Assembly: GCA_963749075.1 (NCBI GenBank)
Contig: CAVVLJ010000022.1
Location: 96,001-160,000 of the forward strand
Length of the DNA stretch: 64,000 bases
From: an uncultured Pseudomonadota bacterium
GTDB taxonomy: Bacteria; Pseudomonadota; Alphaproteobacteria; JACZXZ01
Reading direction: 5' to 3'
Both the position numbers and the translations under genes were made by a program. Positions 54,916-64,000 of this stretch are shown one piece after another (the stretch's first letter is position 1; the number at the start of each line of letters is the position of its first letter). Under the pieces are notes generated by a model, which was not told where the DNA came from, made no database searches, and worked only from the letters and a program-made list of their open reading frames with translations.

Positions 54916-56126
54916 GACACCACCTTGCCGCGGTTAAGCGCGGCGATCTTTCCCTCGTCGTAGCCGAGCTCGCCGAGGATCGCCGCGGCATGCTCGCCGA
55001 GCCTTGGCGGGGCGTAGCGCAGGCGGAAGGCCGAGGGGTCCATGGCGATCGGGCTGCCGATGTAGCGCCTCGGCTCGTTGCCGCCGTCGGCTGCCCCGTC
55101 GAGCTCCACCACGATGCCGTTCGCCGCCGTCTGCTCGGAGGCGAGCGCCTCGCCGAGCGTCTGCACGGGTGCCGAGAGGAGGTCCTGCTCCTCGAGGCGG
55201 GCGAGCCAATAAGCCGTCGTGTTGCTTGCGAAGCGCTCGGCGAAGCGGGCCTTGAGCTCGGCCTTGCGGGCCAGCTGGCCGGCGAAGGTGGCGTAGGGCG
55301 GCTCGGCCGAGAGGTCCTCGATGCCGAGGGCGGTGCAAATGTCCCTGAGCGGATTGGCCTTGAAGGCGCCGACCAGCACGAGGGCGCCGTCCGAGGTGCT
55401 GAATACGCCGTTCAGCGGGAAGGCGCCCCAGTTGAGCTCGCGGCGGCGCTGCAGCCACATCGCCGCCTCCTGCATCTGCATCGCCAGCATGGAATCATAG
55501 AGCGAGACGGAGATTTCCTGGCCGCGCCCCGTCTTCTCGCGCTGGAGGAGCGCCAGCAGCACCCCCTGCACCAGATGCATGCCGGCTGCGTAATCGGCGA
55601 GCGCCGTGCAATAGACCGCATAGGGCTGCCGCTCGTCCGAGCGCCGCGCCATCACGCCGGAGAGCGCCTGGGCGAGGATGTCCTGGCCGCCCTTGTGGGC
55701 GAGCGGGCCGCGCGGTCCGTAGCCCGAGCCGAAGGCGGAGATGATGCGCGGGTTGATGGCGGCGAGTGCGGCATGGCCGAAGCCCATGCGCTCCATGACG
55801 CCGGCGCGGAAGTTGTTCACCACCACGTCGGCGGTCTTCACGAGGTCGTAGACGATGGCCTTGCCCGCGGCCCCCCTCAAGTCGATGGCGATCGAGCGCT
55901 TGTTGCGGTTGATGCTGCGGAAGACCGGGTTGTCGAGCCCGTCCGGGTCGTCGGCGAGCGAGGTTCGCGAGAGGTCGCCCACGCCGGGCCGCTCGATCTT
56001 GATCACGTCGGCGCCGTAGTCGGCGAGCATCTGGGTGGCGCAGGGCCCCAGCATCACTTGCGTGAAGTCGATGACGCGGATGCCGGAGAGCGGCTGCGCT
56101 GTACCGTTGGCGGGGCTGCTCGTCAT
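54912..56126 (-). CDS. CoA-transferase family III (CaiB/BaiF)
   Basis: LSGIRVIDF, GADVIKIERP, NRNKRSI, NFRAG, PPRLGEH. Confidence 0.95.
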   Translation of the reverse strand: MTSSPANGTAQPLSGIRVIDFTQVMLGPCATQMLADYGADVIKIERPGVGDLSRTSLADDPDGLDNPVFRSINRNKRSIAIDLRGAAGKAIVYDLVKTADVVVNNFRAGVMERMGFGHAALAAINPRIISAFGSGYGPRGPLAHKGGQDILAQALSGVMARRSDERQPYAVYCTALADYAAGMHLVQGVLLALLQREKTGRGQEISVSLYDSMLAMQMQEAAMWLQRRRELNWGAFPLNGVFSTSDGALVLVGAFKANPLRDICTALGIEDLSAEPPYATFAGQLARKAELKARFAERFASNTTAYWLARLEEQDLLSAPVQTLGEALASEQTAANGIVVELDGAADGGNEPRRYIGSPIAMDPSAFRLRYAPPRLGEHAAAILGELGYDEGKIAALNRGKVVS

Positions 56127-57484
56127 GCCGCCTTCTCTCCCGCATCGAGGGTGGCGTTAGGCGCCGGCACGTCGCCAGGATCGGCGCCCTGGGCGCGCAA
56201 GCGCGCCTGCAGCGCCTTCACGTCCACCTGCTCGACGCCGATGCCGGCATCGAGCGCCAGCGCCGCGGCGAGCCCGGCGGCCTCGCCCATGGCGATGCAG
56301 GGGGGAATCTCGCGCGACACGCGCTGCGCCGCCGAGGTCGCGGAATAGTGCCGCCCGGCGACGAGGAGCTGGCCGACGTTCTTCGGCAGGAGGCAGCGGT
56401 ACGGATAGTAGTAGTCGCGGCCGCGCGCGATGCTGTCGGGGAAGTGGCGGCGGCCCATGACGTCCTCCTTGGTGAGCACGTAGGCGCCATCGAGAAGGCG
56501 CGTCTGGCGGATGCCGAGCTGGGGCGCCACGTCGACCACATAGGCGTTCCTGAAGCCGGGCATCCTTTCGCGCACGAATTCGACGAGGCGGGCGATGCGC
56601 TGGCGCCCCTCGAAATCGGCGCGCGTCAGGTCCTCGATCTTGAGCCCGTCGTAGCCGGCCATGTGCGGGCAGTTGCACCACACGACGCCGGGGAGCGGCG
56701 TCTTGAGCCACCATTTGTCCCAGGAGCCGCCCGTGATCCGCTTCGCCTCGCGGTCGATGGCGTTGAAGGCCGCGGGCTCGGCATATTCGAAGCGCTCGGC
56801 CTCCTCGGTGTCGACCGCGCCCAAGCGGAAGACGGTGGTCACTATGAAGCTGCCCGCAATGAAGGCAGCACCGGCGGAGGCCGCCACGTCGAGATCGCCC
56901 GTCGCGTCCACCACGATGCCGCCGAGGATGGCCTGGCGGCCGGCCTTGCCCTCGACGATGACGCCCGCGACGCGGCCCTCCTCGACGATCGCCTTGGAGA
57001 ACCAGCTGTGCAGGCGCAGGTTCACCTTCGCCTCGGCGATCATGTCGTTCGAGACGCGCTTGAAGCCGTCGGGATCGAAGGCGACGGAATAGCAGATGGG
57101 CTGCGGCTTCTCGTGCGCGGTGAAGTCGAAGAGGCCCCAGCGCGACCACTTGCGCCACATCGCCCAGTCGGCGCGGCGGTCCGCCTCGGGCGGCGACACG
57201 GCGAGGCCGAGCCGCTCCATGCGCTCGATCATCTCCGTCGAGAGGCCGCGCACGCTGATCTCGCTGCCGTTGCACATGTCGTCGAGCACGAGGACCATGC
57301 CGCCCGACGCAAGGCCGCCTAGATAGGGATAGCGCTCGAGGAGGGCGACCTTGAGGCCGTTCCGCGCTCCCGACACGGCAGCACCTATGCCGGCCGGCCC
57401 GCCTCCCACCACGACGAGATCGGCGCGCGCCGCCACGGGAACGCGCTCGCCCGGCTCGTCGATCCAGTCGCTCGCGATACTCAT
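56123..57484 (-). CDS. FAD-dependent oxidoreductase (uncharacterised family)
   Basis: VVGGGPAGIGAA, ERYPYLGG, VDATGD, PYRCLLP, LLVAGR, GEAAG. Confidence 0.88.
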   Translation of the reverse strand: MSIASDWIDEPGERVPVAARADLVVVGGGPAGIGAAVSGARNGLKVALLERYPYLGGLASGGMVLVLDDMCNGSEISVRGLSTEMIERMERLGLAVSPPEADRRADWAMWRKWSRWGLFDFTAHEKPQPICYSVAFDPDGFKRVSNDMIAEAKVNLRLHSWFSKAIVEEGRVAGVIVEGKAGRQAILGGIVVDATGDLDVAASAGAAFIAGSFIVTTVFRLGAVDTEEAERFEYAEPAAFNAIDREAKRITGGSWDKWWLKTPLPGVVWCNCPHMAGYDGLKIEDLTRADFEGRQRIARLVEFVRERMPGFRNAYVVDVAPQLGIRQTRLLDGAYVLTKEDVMGRRHFPDSIARGRDYYYPYRCLLPKNVGQLLVAGRHYSATSAAQRVSREIPPCIAMGEAAGLAAALALDAGIGVEQVDVKALQARLRAQGADPGDVPAPNATLDAGEKAA

Positions 57485-57527
57485 GGGCGGGTCTCCTTGT
57501 CGATGAGGGGACGAGCGGACACGGCGC

Positions 57528-58388
57528 TCAGCCCGCGAGCGCCACGTTCCACTTGATGACGCGGCGCTCGATGGCGGTGATCGCGGCGAAGAAGAGGGCG
57601 GAGAAGGTCGAGCCGACGACGATGGTGGCGTAGAGCAAGGGCGAGTCGAAGTTGTAGGTGGCCTGGATGATGAGCGCGCCGATGCCGACGTTGGAGCCGA
57701 TCCATTCGCCCACGATGGCGCCGATCACCGCGGTCGAGGCGGCGATCTTGAGGGCCGAGAAGAGATAGGGCAGCGCGTTCTGCACCCGGAGCTTGAAGAA
57801 GATCTCCCGCCCGCTCGCCGACAGCACCTTCATGAGCTCGAGCGCCTGGGGATTCACGTCGCGCAGGCCGCGGGTCATGTTGACGAGGGTGGGGAAGAAG
57901 CAGACCAGCGCCGCGATGGCGATCTTGGGCTCCATGCCGTTGCCGAGGAGGAGCACGAGGATGGGCGCCTTGGCCACCACCGGGATGGTGTTGACCATGA
58001 CCGCGATGGGGAAGAGGGCCTCCTCGATCGCCTTCTTCTGCACGAAGAAGGTGGCGATCGCGATGGCGGTCAGGTTGCCGAGGAGAAAGCCGAGCACCGC
58101 CTCGATCGCGGTCGGCAGCAGGTTCTCCATGAGGAGAGCGAAGCGGCCGGCGAGCACATGGAGGACGGCTGCCGGCGTGGGTGCGATGAAGGGCTTGATG
58201 TCGAGGAGGATCACGGCACCCCACCAGAGGGCCACGAAGCCCACGACCGCCAGCGCGGGCAGCAGACGCTTGCGCCACTCGAGCATGCGCCGGGCGTGGA
58301 GGAACCTCGCCTTCGCCTCCTCGTCGTGGGCGAAGGAGGGGCCGGAGGGTGCGGAGCGCGGACGCCCGCCTATGGTCTCGTCGCTCAT
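57528..58388 (-). CDS. ABC permease (NitT/TauT family)
   Basis: TIPVVAKAPIL, FFPTLVN, ALPYLFSALKI, AIVGEW. Confidence 0.93.
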   Translation of the reverse strand: MSDETIGGRPRSAPSGPSFAHDEEAKARFLHARRMLEWRKRLLPALAVVGFVALWWGAVILLDIKPFIAPTPAAVLHVLAGRFALLMENLLPTAIEAVLGFLLGNLTAIAIATFFVQKKAIEEALFPIAVMVNTIPVVAKAPILVLLLGNGMEPKIAIAALVCFFPTLVNMTRGLRDVNPQALELMKVLSASGREIFFKLRVQNALPYLFSALKIAASTAVIGAIVGEWIGSNVGIGALIIQATYNFDSPLLYATIVVGSTFSALFFAAITAIERRVIKWNVALAG

Positions 58389-59212
58389 CAGCAGGTCTCC
58401 AGCACGCGGCGCAGGTGGCCGGCGAGGGCCACGAATTGCGCGCTCTCGCGCAACGCGAGGCGGCGCGGGCTCGGCAGCTCGACCGGCACCAGCTCGCGCA
58501 CGCGGCCCGGCCTCGCTGCGAGCAGCAGCACCTCCTGGCCGAGGAAGGCCGCCTCGTAGATCGAATGGGTGACGAAGAGGATGGTGGTGCCGGTCGAGCT
58601 CCAGAGGCCGAGGAGCTCCTCGTTGAGCCGGTCGCGCGTGATCTCGTCGAGCGCGCCGAAGGGCTCGTCCATGAGGAGGAGCTTGGGCTCCGTGACGAGC
58701 GCGCGGGCGAGCGCCACGCGCTGGCGCATGCCGCCCGAGAGCTCGTGGGGATAGGCGTGCTCCCAGCCGGCAAGACCGACCATGGCGAGGAGCTCGCCGG
58801 CGCTGCTGGCGCCCGCGCGCGCGGCACCGCCCCCGACCTCGAGCGGCAGCATCACGTTGGCGAGCACCGTGCGCCACGGCAGGAGGGCCGGGTCCTGGAA
58901 GACGAAGCCGATGTCGCGGTTCTTGCGCGCTGCCGCCGGCGGCTTGCCCAGCACGCTCAGCGAGCCGGCACTGGGTGCGATGAGATCGGCGATGACGCGC
59001 AGGAGGGTCGATTTGCCGCAGCCCGAGGGGCCGAGAAGACTCACGAAGCCGCCGCGCGCGACCGTGAGGCTCACGTCCTCGAGCGCCGTGATGACGCCGC
59101 GCTCGCTTACGAAGCGCACGGAGAGGCCCTCGCAGCGGACGGCCGCCTCGGCAGGCCCAGGAGATGCCGCGCGCTCGCGCTGTGCCGCCGCCGCCTCGCC
59201 CGCCATCGCCAT
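58388..59212 (-). CDS. ABC ATP-binding protein (NitT/TauT family)
   Basis: GPSGCGKST, LSGGMRQR, LMDEPFGALD. Confidence 0.95.
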   Translation of the reverse strand: MAMAGEAAAAQRERAASPGPAEAAVRCEGLSVRFVSERGVITALEDVSLTVARGGFVSLLGPSGCGKSTLLRVIADLIAPSAGSLSVLGKPPAAARKNRDIGFVFQDPALLPWRTVLANVMLPLEVGGGAARAGASSAGELLAMVGLAGWEHAYPHELSGGMRQRVALARALVTEPKLLLMDEPFGALDEITRDRLNEELLGLWSSTGTTILFVTHSIYEAAFLGQEVLLLAARPGRVRELVPVELPSPRRLALRESAQFVALAGHLRRVLETC

Positions 59213-59222
59213 CGCTTGCTGC

Positions 59223-60263
59223 CTATCCGAGCTTCGCGCGCGCGTCCTTGGTCGCGGCGAGGATGTCCGTGTCGATCACTTCCGCGAGCTTGGGCGGGCC
59301 GGCGGAGAACTGCTTGAGCTGGTCGTAGAGATCGATCTGCTCCTGCCACACCGCGGGCTCGAAGGTGCCCCAGCCCTTGGCCTTGGTGGCGGCGGTGAAT
59401 TCGAACTTGAGCATCGTGCCCACCGCGGCGAGCTCGTCCTTCTCGACGAGGTTGGGGTATTCCTTGAGCAGAAGGCCGACCGCCTTCTCGGGGTTCTCGT
59501 AGGTGTAGGCCCAGCCGCGCGAGGCCGCGCGCACGAAGGCCTCGAGCAGCGCGGCCTTGTGCGCGAGCGTGTCGGTGGTCGCGTAATAGGGCTGGGCGTA
59601 GAGCTTGACCCCCTCGTCCCACAGGCGCATGGCGACGAAATTGCCGCCGAGGGCCCGGAGCGCCGTGGTATTGGTGAGCCAGCCCGTGACCGCCGCCACT
59701 TGGCCGGTCACCACCGGCGACATGTCGGAGCCGATCACCACCACCTCGACGTCCTTCTCGGGGATGTTGTGCTTCTCGAGGAGGGCCGTGAGCAGGATCT
59801 TGCCGGTCGCCTGGATGCCGATCTTCTTGCCGACCATGTCCTCGGGCGTGCGGATGGGATCCTTGGGCAGCGAGAAGAAGGCGTAGGGATGCTCCTGGGC
59901 GCCGACCGCGAAGCATTTGACCGGCAGCTTCTGGGAGGCGGCGAGCATGAGCGAGGGGCTCGAGGAGACCTGGCCGATCTCGAAGCGCCCGGAGGCGACG
60001 ATGGCGACGCCGTCGATGCTCGGGCCGCCCGGCTGGATGGCGAGGTTGAGCTTCTCCTCCTCGAAATAGCCGAGCTGCTTCGCCGCGCACTCGCCGATCT
60101 GGTTGCCGCCGCCGATCCAGCCGAGCTGGAGATTGACCGTGGTGGTCTTGGCCTGGGTGTGGCCGATGCGCGGCGCCAGGCCCGCGATCGCAAGTCCGCC
60201 CGCGGCCGCACCTCCCCGCATCAGAGCCCGCCGCGTCAGCCGCCAAGAGCTTCCTTTTGTCAT
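59223..60263 (-). CDS. ABC substrate-binding protein (NMT1/THI5-like, Tat signal)
   Basis: TRRALM leader; LQLGW, GYFEEEKL, QPGGP, PEDMVGKKIG, ASRGW. Confidence 0.88.
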   Translation of the reverse strand: MTKGSSWRLTRRALMRGGAAAGGLAIAGLAPRIGHTQAKTTTVNLQLGWIGGGNQIGECAAKQLGYFEEEKLNLAIQPGGPSIDGVAIVASGRFEIGQVSSSPSLMLAASQKLPVKCFAVGAQEHPYAFFSLPKDPIRTPEDMVGKKIGIQATGKILLTALLEKHNIPEKDVEVVVIGSDMSPVVTGQVAAVTGWLTNTTALRALGGNFVAMRLWDEGVKLYAQPYYATTDTLAHKAALLEAFVRAASRGWAYTYENPEKAVGLLLKEYPNLVEKDELAAVGTMLKFEFTAATKAKGWGTFEPAVWQEQIDLYDQLKQFSAGPPKLAEVIDTDILAATKDARAKLG

Positions 60264-60401
60264 CGTCGAGATCTCCCAGGTTCCCGTCAGCGCAAAATCG
60301 GCGCCCGGCCGGTGCCCTAGAATAGAAGAGTTTTTCGCCTATGGTGATGCTTTTTTGCCAGTGTGCCAGTTCGAATTTCCGGGAACGGAGATGAGGCTTC
60401 G

Positions 60402-60549
60402 CCCCTCTCCTCCTTCAGGAGGGAGGGGGCCATCCCGGATGGATGGGAGGGTGAGGAGGCCGAGCGCTTGCGCGCCCGTGCGGCCGACGATGTGCCCGGC
60501 AAAGCCACCTCCTCACCCCGACCCTCTCCTCCTGAAGGAGGAGAGGGGG
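60402..60549. repeat. REP/REPIN-like nested inverted repeat element
   Basis: CCCCTCTCCTCCTTCAGGAGGGAGGGGG...GGGTGAGGAGG / CCTCCTCACCC...CCCTCTCCTCCTGAAGGAGGAGAGGGG. Confidence 0.78.
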
Positions 60550-60565
60550 ATTGTCCAGTGATTTC

Positions 60566-60581
60566 TTGACTGTTTGGTCAA
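60566..60581. promoter_or_regulatory. RutR-type operator
   Basis: TTGACTGTTTGGTCAA versus the RutR consensus TTGACCAnnTGGTCAA (2 mismatches); a RutR-like gene lies in the same operon. Confidence 0.75.
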
Positions 60582-60627
60582 TTTTCGCCAGAGTTGCCGT
60601 TTGAGGGATTGGGGCGATCCCAGGGCG

Positions 60628-61860
<1,233 letters not shown>

Positions 61861-61863
61861 CGC

Positions 61864-63126
61864 TTGGCAGCGGTGCAGCACGGCAGTCCCCGTACCCAGC
61901 CCCTCGACGAAGGAGCGGATGCACGGCGCCTGAGCACGGCCGCGGCGGTGCGCGAGCGCGCGGCGCGCATGCTTGCGATGGCGGAGCGTGACGAGCTCCC
62001 TCATTTCGCGCTCGTGCCCGAGCGCCTCCCGGGCGTCATCGATTACGTCCTCGAGACGACGCGGCAGCGCTATCCGGACCTCGCCGTCCCGTTCCACAGC
62101 CGCTGGCGGCACTTCTCGGCGGGCGGGTGCCAACGCTGGTCGGAGCTCGCGGCATCGCTCGGCGGCGTGCCGCCGGACGAGGTGGCGCGCATCCGCTGCG
62201 ATCTCGCGGTGGTGAGCGTGCTGCTCGACGCGGGTGCCGGCGAAGGCTGGTGCTATCGCGAGGCCGGCGGGGGCGCATACGCGCGCTCCGAGGGCCTCGC
62301 GGTCGCGAGCTACCACATGTTCACGAGCGGGCTCTTCTCGGCCGATCCGCACGCCCCCTATCGCGCGGACGCCTCGGCGCTCGCCGCCGTCACGGACGAT
62401 CGCCTCGCCTCGGCGCTGCAGGCGAGCGCGCGCAATCCCATGGTCGGGCTCGCCGGACGTGCAGCCCTTCTCCGCCGTCTCGGCGCCGCACTTCTCGCGG
62501 AGCCGGCGCTCTTCGGCTCGCCGCCGCGCGTCGGCCGCATCTTCGATCATCTCCGCCAGCGCGCGGCGGGTGCCGCGCTGCCGGCAAGCGAGATCCTCGC
62601 GGCCGTCATGCGCGGGCTGGGACCCATCTGGCCGGGCCGCGAGAGCCTCGGTGGCGTCAACCTGGGCGACGTCTGGCGCCATTCCGCCATGCGCACGGGC
62701 GACGCCACGGAGAGCCTGATGCCGTTCCACAAGCTCTCCCAGTGGCTCGCCTATTCGCTCATCGAGCCGCTCGCGGAGGGCGGCGTGCCGGTCGCCGGGA
62801 TCGACGAGCTGACCGGCCTCGCCGAATACCGCAACGGCGGCCTCATGATCGACGGCGGCCTCCTCGTGCCGCGCGACCCGACGCTCCTCGGCCGGCGGCT
62901 TTCGCCAGGCGACGAAGCAGTGGTGGAATGGCGCGCGCTCACCGTGGCGCTCCTCGACCGCATCGCCGAGGGACTGCGCGCGGTGCTCGGTGTTGACGCC
63001 GTGCGGCTTCCCTTGGCCTCGGTGCTCGAGGGCGGCACCTGGGCGGCCGGCCGGCGCATCGCCCGCGAGCGCCGACCCGACGGCGGCCCGCCGCTCGTCG
63101 TCGAGAGCGACGGGACCCTGTTCTGA
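61864..63126 (+). CDS. DUF1688 / URC4 family protein (start uncertain)
   Basis: [59 protein letters not shown]. Confidence 0.9.
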   Translation: MAAVQHGSPRTQPLDEGADARRLSTAAAVRERAARMLAMAERDELPHFALVPERLPGVIDYVLETTRQRYPDLAVPFHSRWRHFSAGGCQRWSELAASLGGVPPDEVARIRCDLAVVSVLLDAGAGEGWCYREAGGGAYARSEGLAVASYHMFTSGLFSADPHAPYRADASALAAVTDDRLASALQASARNPMVGLAGRAALLRRLGAALLAEPALFGSPPRVGRIFDHLRQRAAGAALPASEILAAVMRGLGPIWPGRESLGGVNLGDVWRHSAMRTGDATESLMPFHKLSQWLAYSLIEPLAEGGVPVAGIDELTGLAEYRNGGLMIDGGLLVPRDPTLLGRRLSPGDEAVVEWRALTVALLDRIAEGLRAVLGVDAVRLPLASVLEGGTWAAGRRIARERRPDGGPPLVVESDGTLF

Positions 63127-63155
63127 GGCGAGACCCGAGCGAGAGAGGGAACAGC

Positions 63156-63788
63156 ATGGCCGGCAACGTCTTCGTCATCGATCATCCGCTCGCCCAGCAC
63201 AAGCTCACCCTCATGCGCCGCAAGGAGACCTCGACCGGCGAGTTCCGCCTGCTCGTGCGCGAGATCAGTCCCTTCATGCTCTACGAGGTGACGCGCGACC
63301 TGCCGCTCACCGAACGCGAGATCGAGACGCCGCTCCAGACCATGAAGGCGCCGGTCTTGGCGGGAAAGAAGCTCTGCCTCGTGCCGATCCTGCGTGCCGG
63401 GCTCGGCTTCGTGGATGCCATGCTCGATCTCGTGCCCGCGGCGCGCGTCGGGCACATCGGCCTCTACCGCGATCCCGAAAGCCTCGCCGCGGTCGAATAC
63501 TATTTGAAGCTGCCGGAGGACATCGCGTCCCGCCGGGTGATCCTCGTCGATCCCATGCTGGCGACCGGGCATTCCGCGACCGCGGCACTCGGCCGGCTCA
63601 AGGAGGCGGGAGCGGAGAACATCAAGTTCGTCTGCCTGGTGGCGGCACCGGTCGGCATCGCCGAGGTCCAGGCCGAGCATCCCGACGTGCCGATCTACAC
63701 GGTGGCGATCGACGAGAGGCTCAACGACCATGCCTACATTCTCCCCGGGCTGGGGGACGCCGGTGACCGGCTCTTCGGCACCAAGTAA
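63156..63788 (+). CDS. upp: Uracil phosphoribosyltransferase
   Basis: [48 protein letters not shown]. Confidence 0.97.
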   Translation: MAGNVFVIDHPLAQHKLTLMRRKETSTGEFRLLVREISPFMLYEVTRDLPLTEREIETPLQTMKAPVLAGKKLCLVPILRAGLGFVDAMLDLVPAARVGHIGLYRDPESLAAVEYYLKLPEDIASRRVILVDPMLATGHSATAALGRLKEAGAENIKFVCLVAAPVGIAEVQAEHPDVPIYTVAIDERLNDHAYILPGLGDAGDRLFGTK

Positions 63789-64000
63789 GGCAGCACCCGC
63801 CAAGGGCCGCATCCGGCGCTCGAACGAGGAGAGCATCCTGCGCGCCGCCGAGGAGGTCTTCGCGCGCGCGGGCTTCGGCGGCGCGCGCGTGGCCGACATC
63901 GCCCGACGCGCCGGCATCCCGCAGGCCAACCTGCATTACTATTTCAGGACCAAGCGCAGGCTCTACCGCGCCGTGCTCGAGAACATCCTCGAGCTGTGGT
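63763..64000 (+). CDS. TetR family regulator, RutR-like (partial; runs off the window edge)
   Basis: Not in the ORF track. GTG at 63763 gives ...[65 protein letters not shown]. Confidence 0.85.
   Translation, partial: MTGSSAPSKAAPAKGRIRRSNEESILRAAEEVFARAGFGGARVADIARRAGIPQANLHYYFRTKRRLYRAVLENILELW

Overview
High-GC, gene-dense window, most consistent with a soil-type Alphaproteobacterium (inferred from the CIRCE-controlled groESL, the NdvB/Cgs-like synthase, HpnN and the REP-like elements). It has five parts. (1) 1-9.8 kb: two GntR-regulated TauABC/SsuABC-like import loci, with an S1P-lyase-like PLP enzyme, an enolase-superfamily enzyme and a close YihU (sulfolactaldehyde reductase) homologue, suggesting organosulfonate catabolism. 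(2) 9.8-17.1 kb: cstA-ybdD, a GltD-like Fe-S flavoprotein, an MFS transporter, an L,D-transpeptidase and a DUF2066-like gene. (3) 17.2-35.5 kb: an accessory stress island with a His-rich mini-protein, a fatty-acid hydroxylase, groESL, HlyIII, a DEAD-box helicase, a stand-alone IF2-associated-like peptide, a Sel1 protein, a ~2,900-aa cyclic beta-1,2-glucan synthase and a cold-shock protein. (4) 35.5-53.7 kb: Rieske, 2OG and LLM oxygenases, HpnN, two more ABC importers and two exported unknowns. (5) 53.8-64 kb: a bacterial URC-type pyrimidine locus (URC1/URC4/upp/RutR-like with a RutR box), divergent from an uncharacterised THI5-like ABC, FAD oxidoreductase, CoA-transferase, crotonase and ferredoxin operon. 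Six frameshifts are all single-base insertions, five in recurring contexts, and are probably sequencing errors. No rRNA, tRNA, CRISPR array or transposase was seen. All family calls are by recognition of motifs from memory, not database searches.
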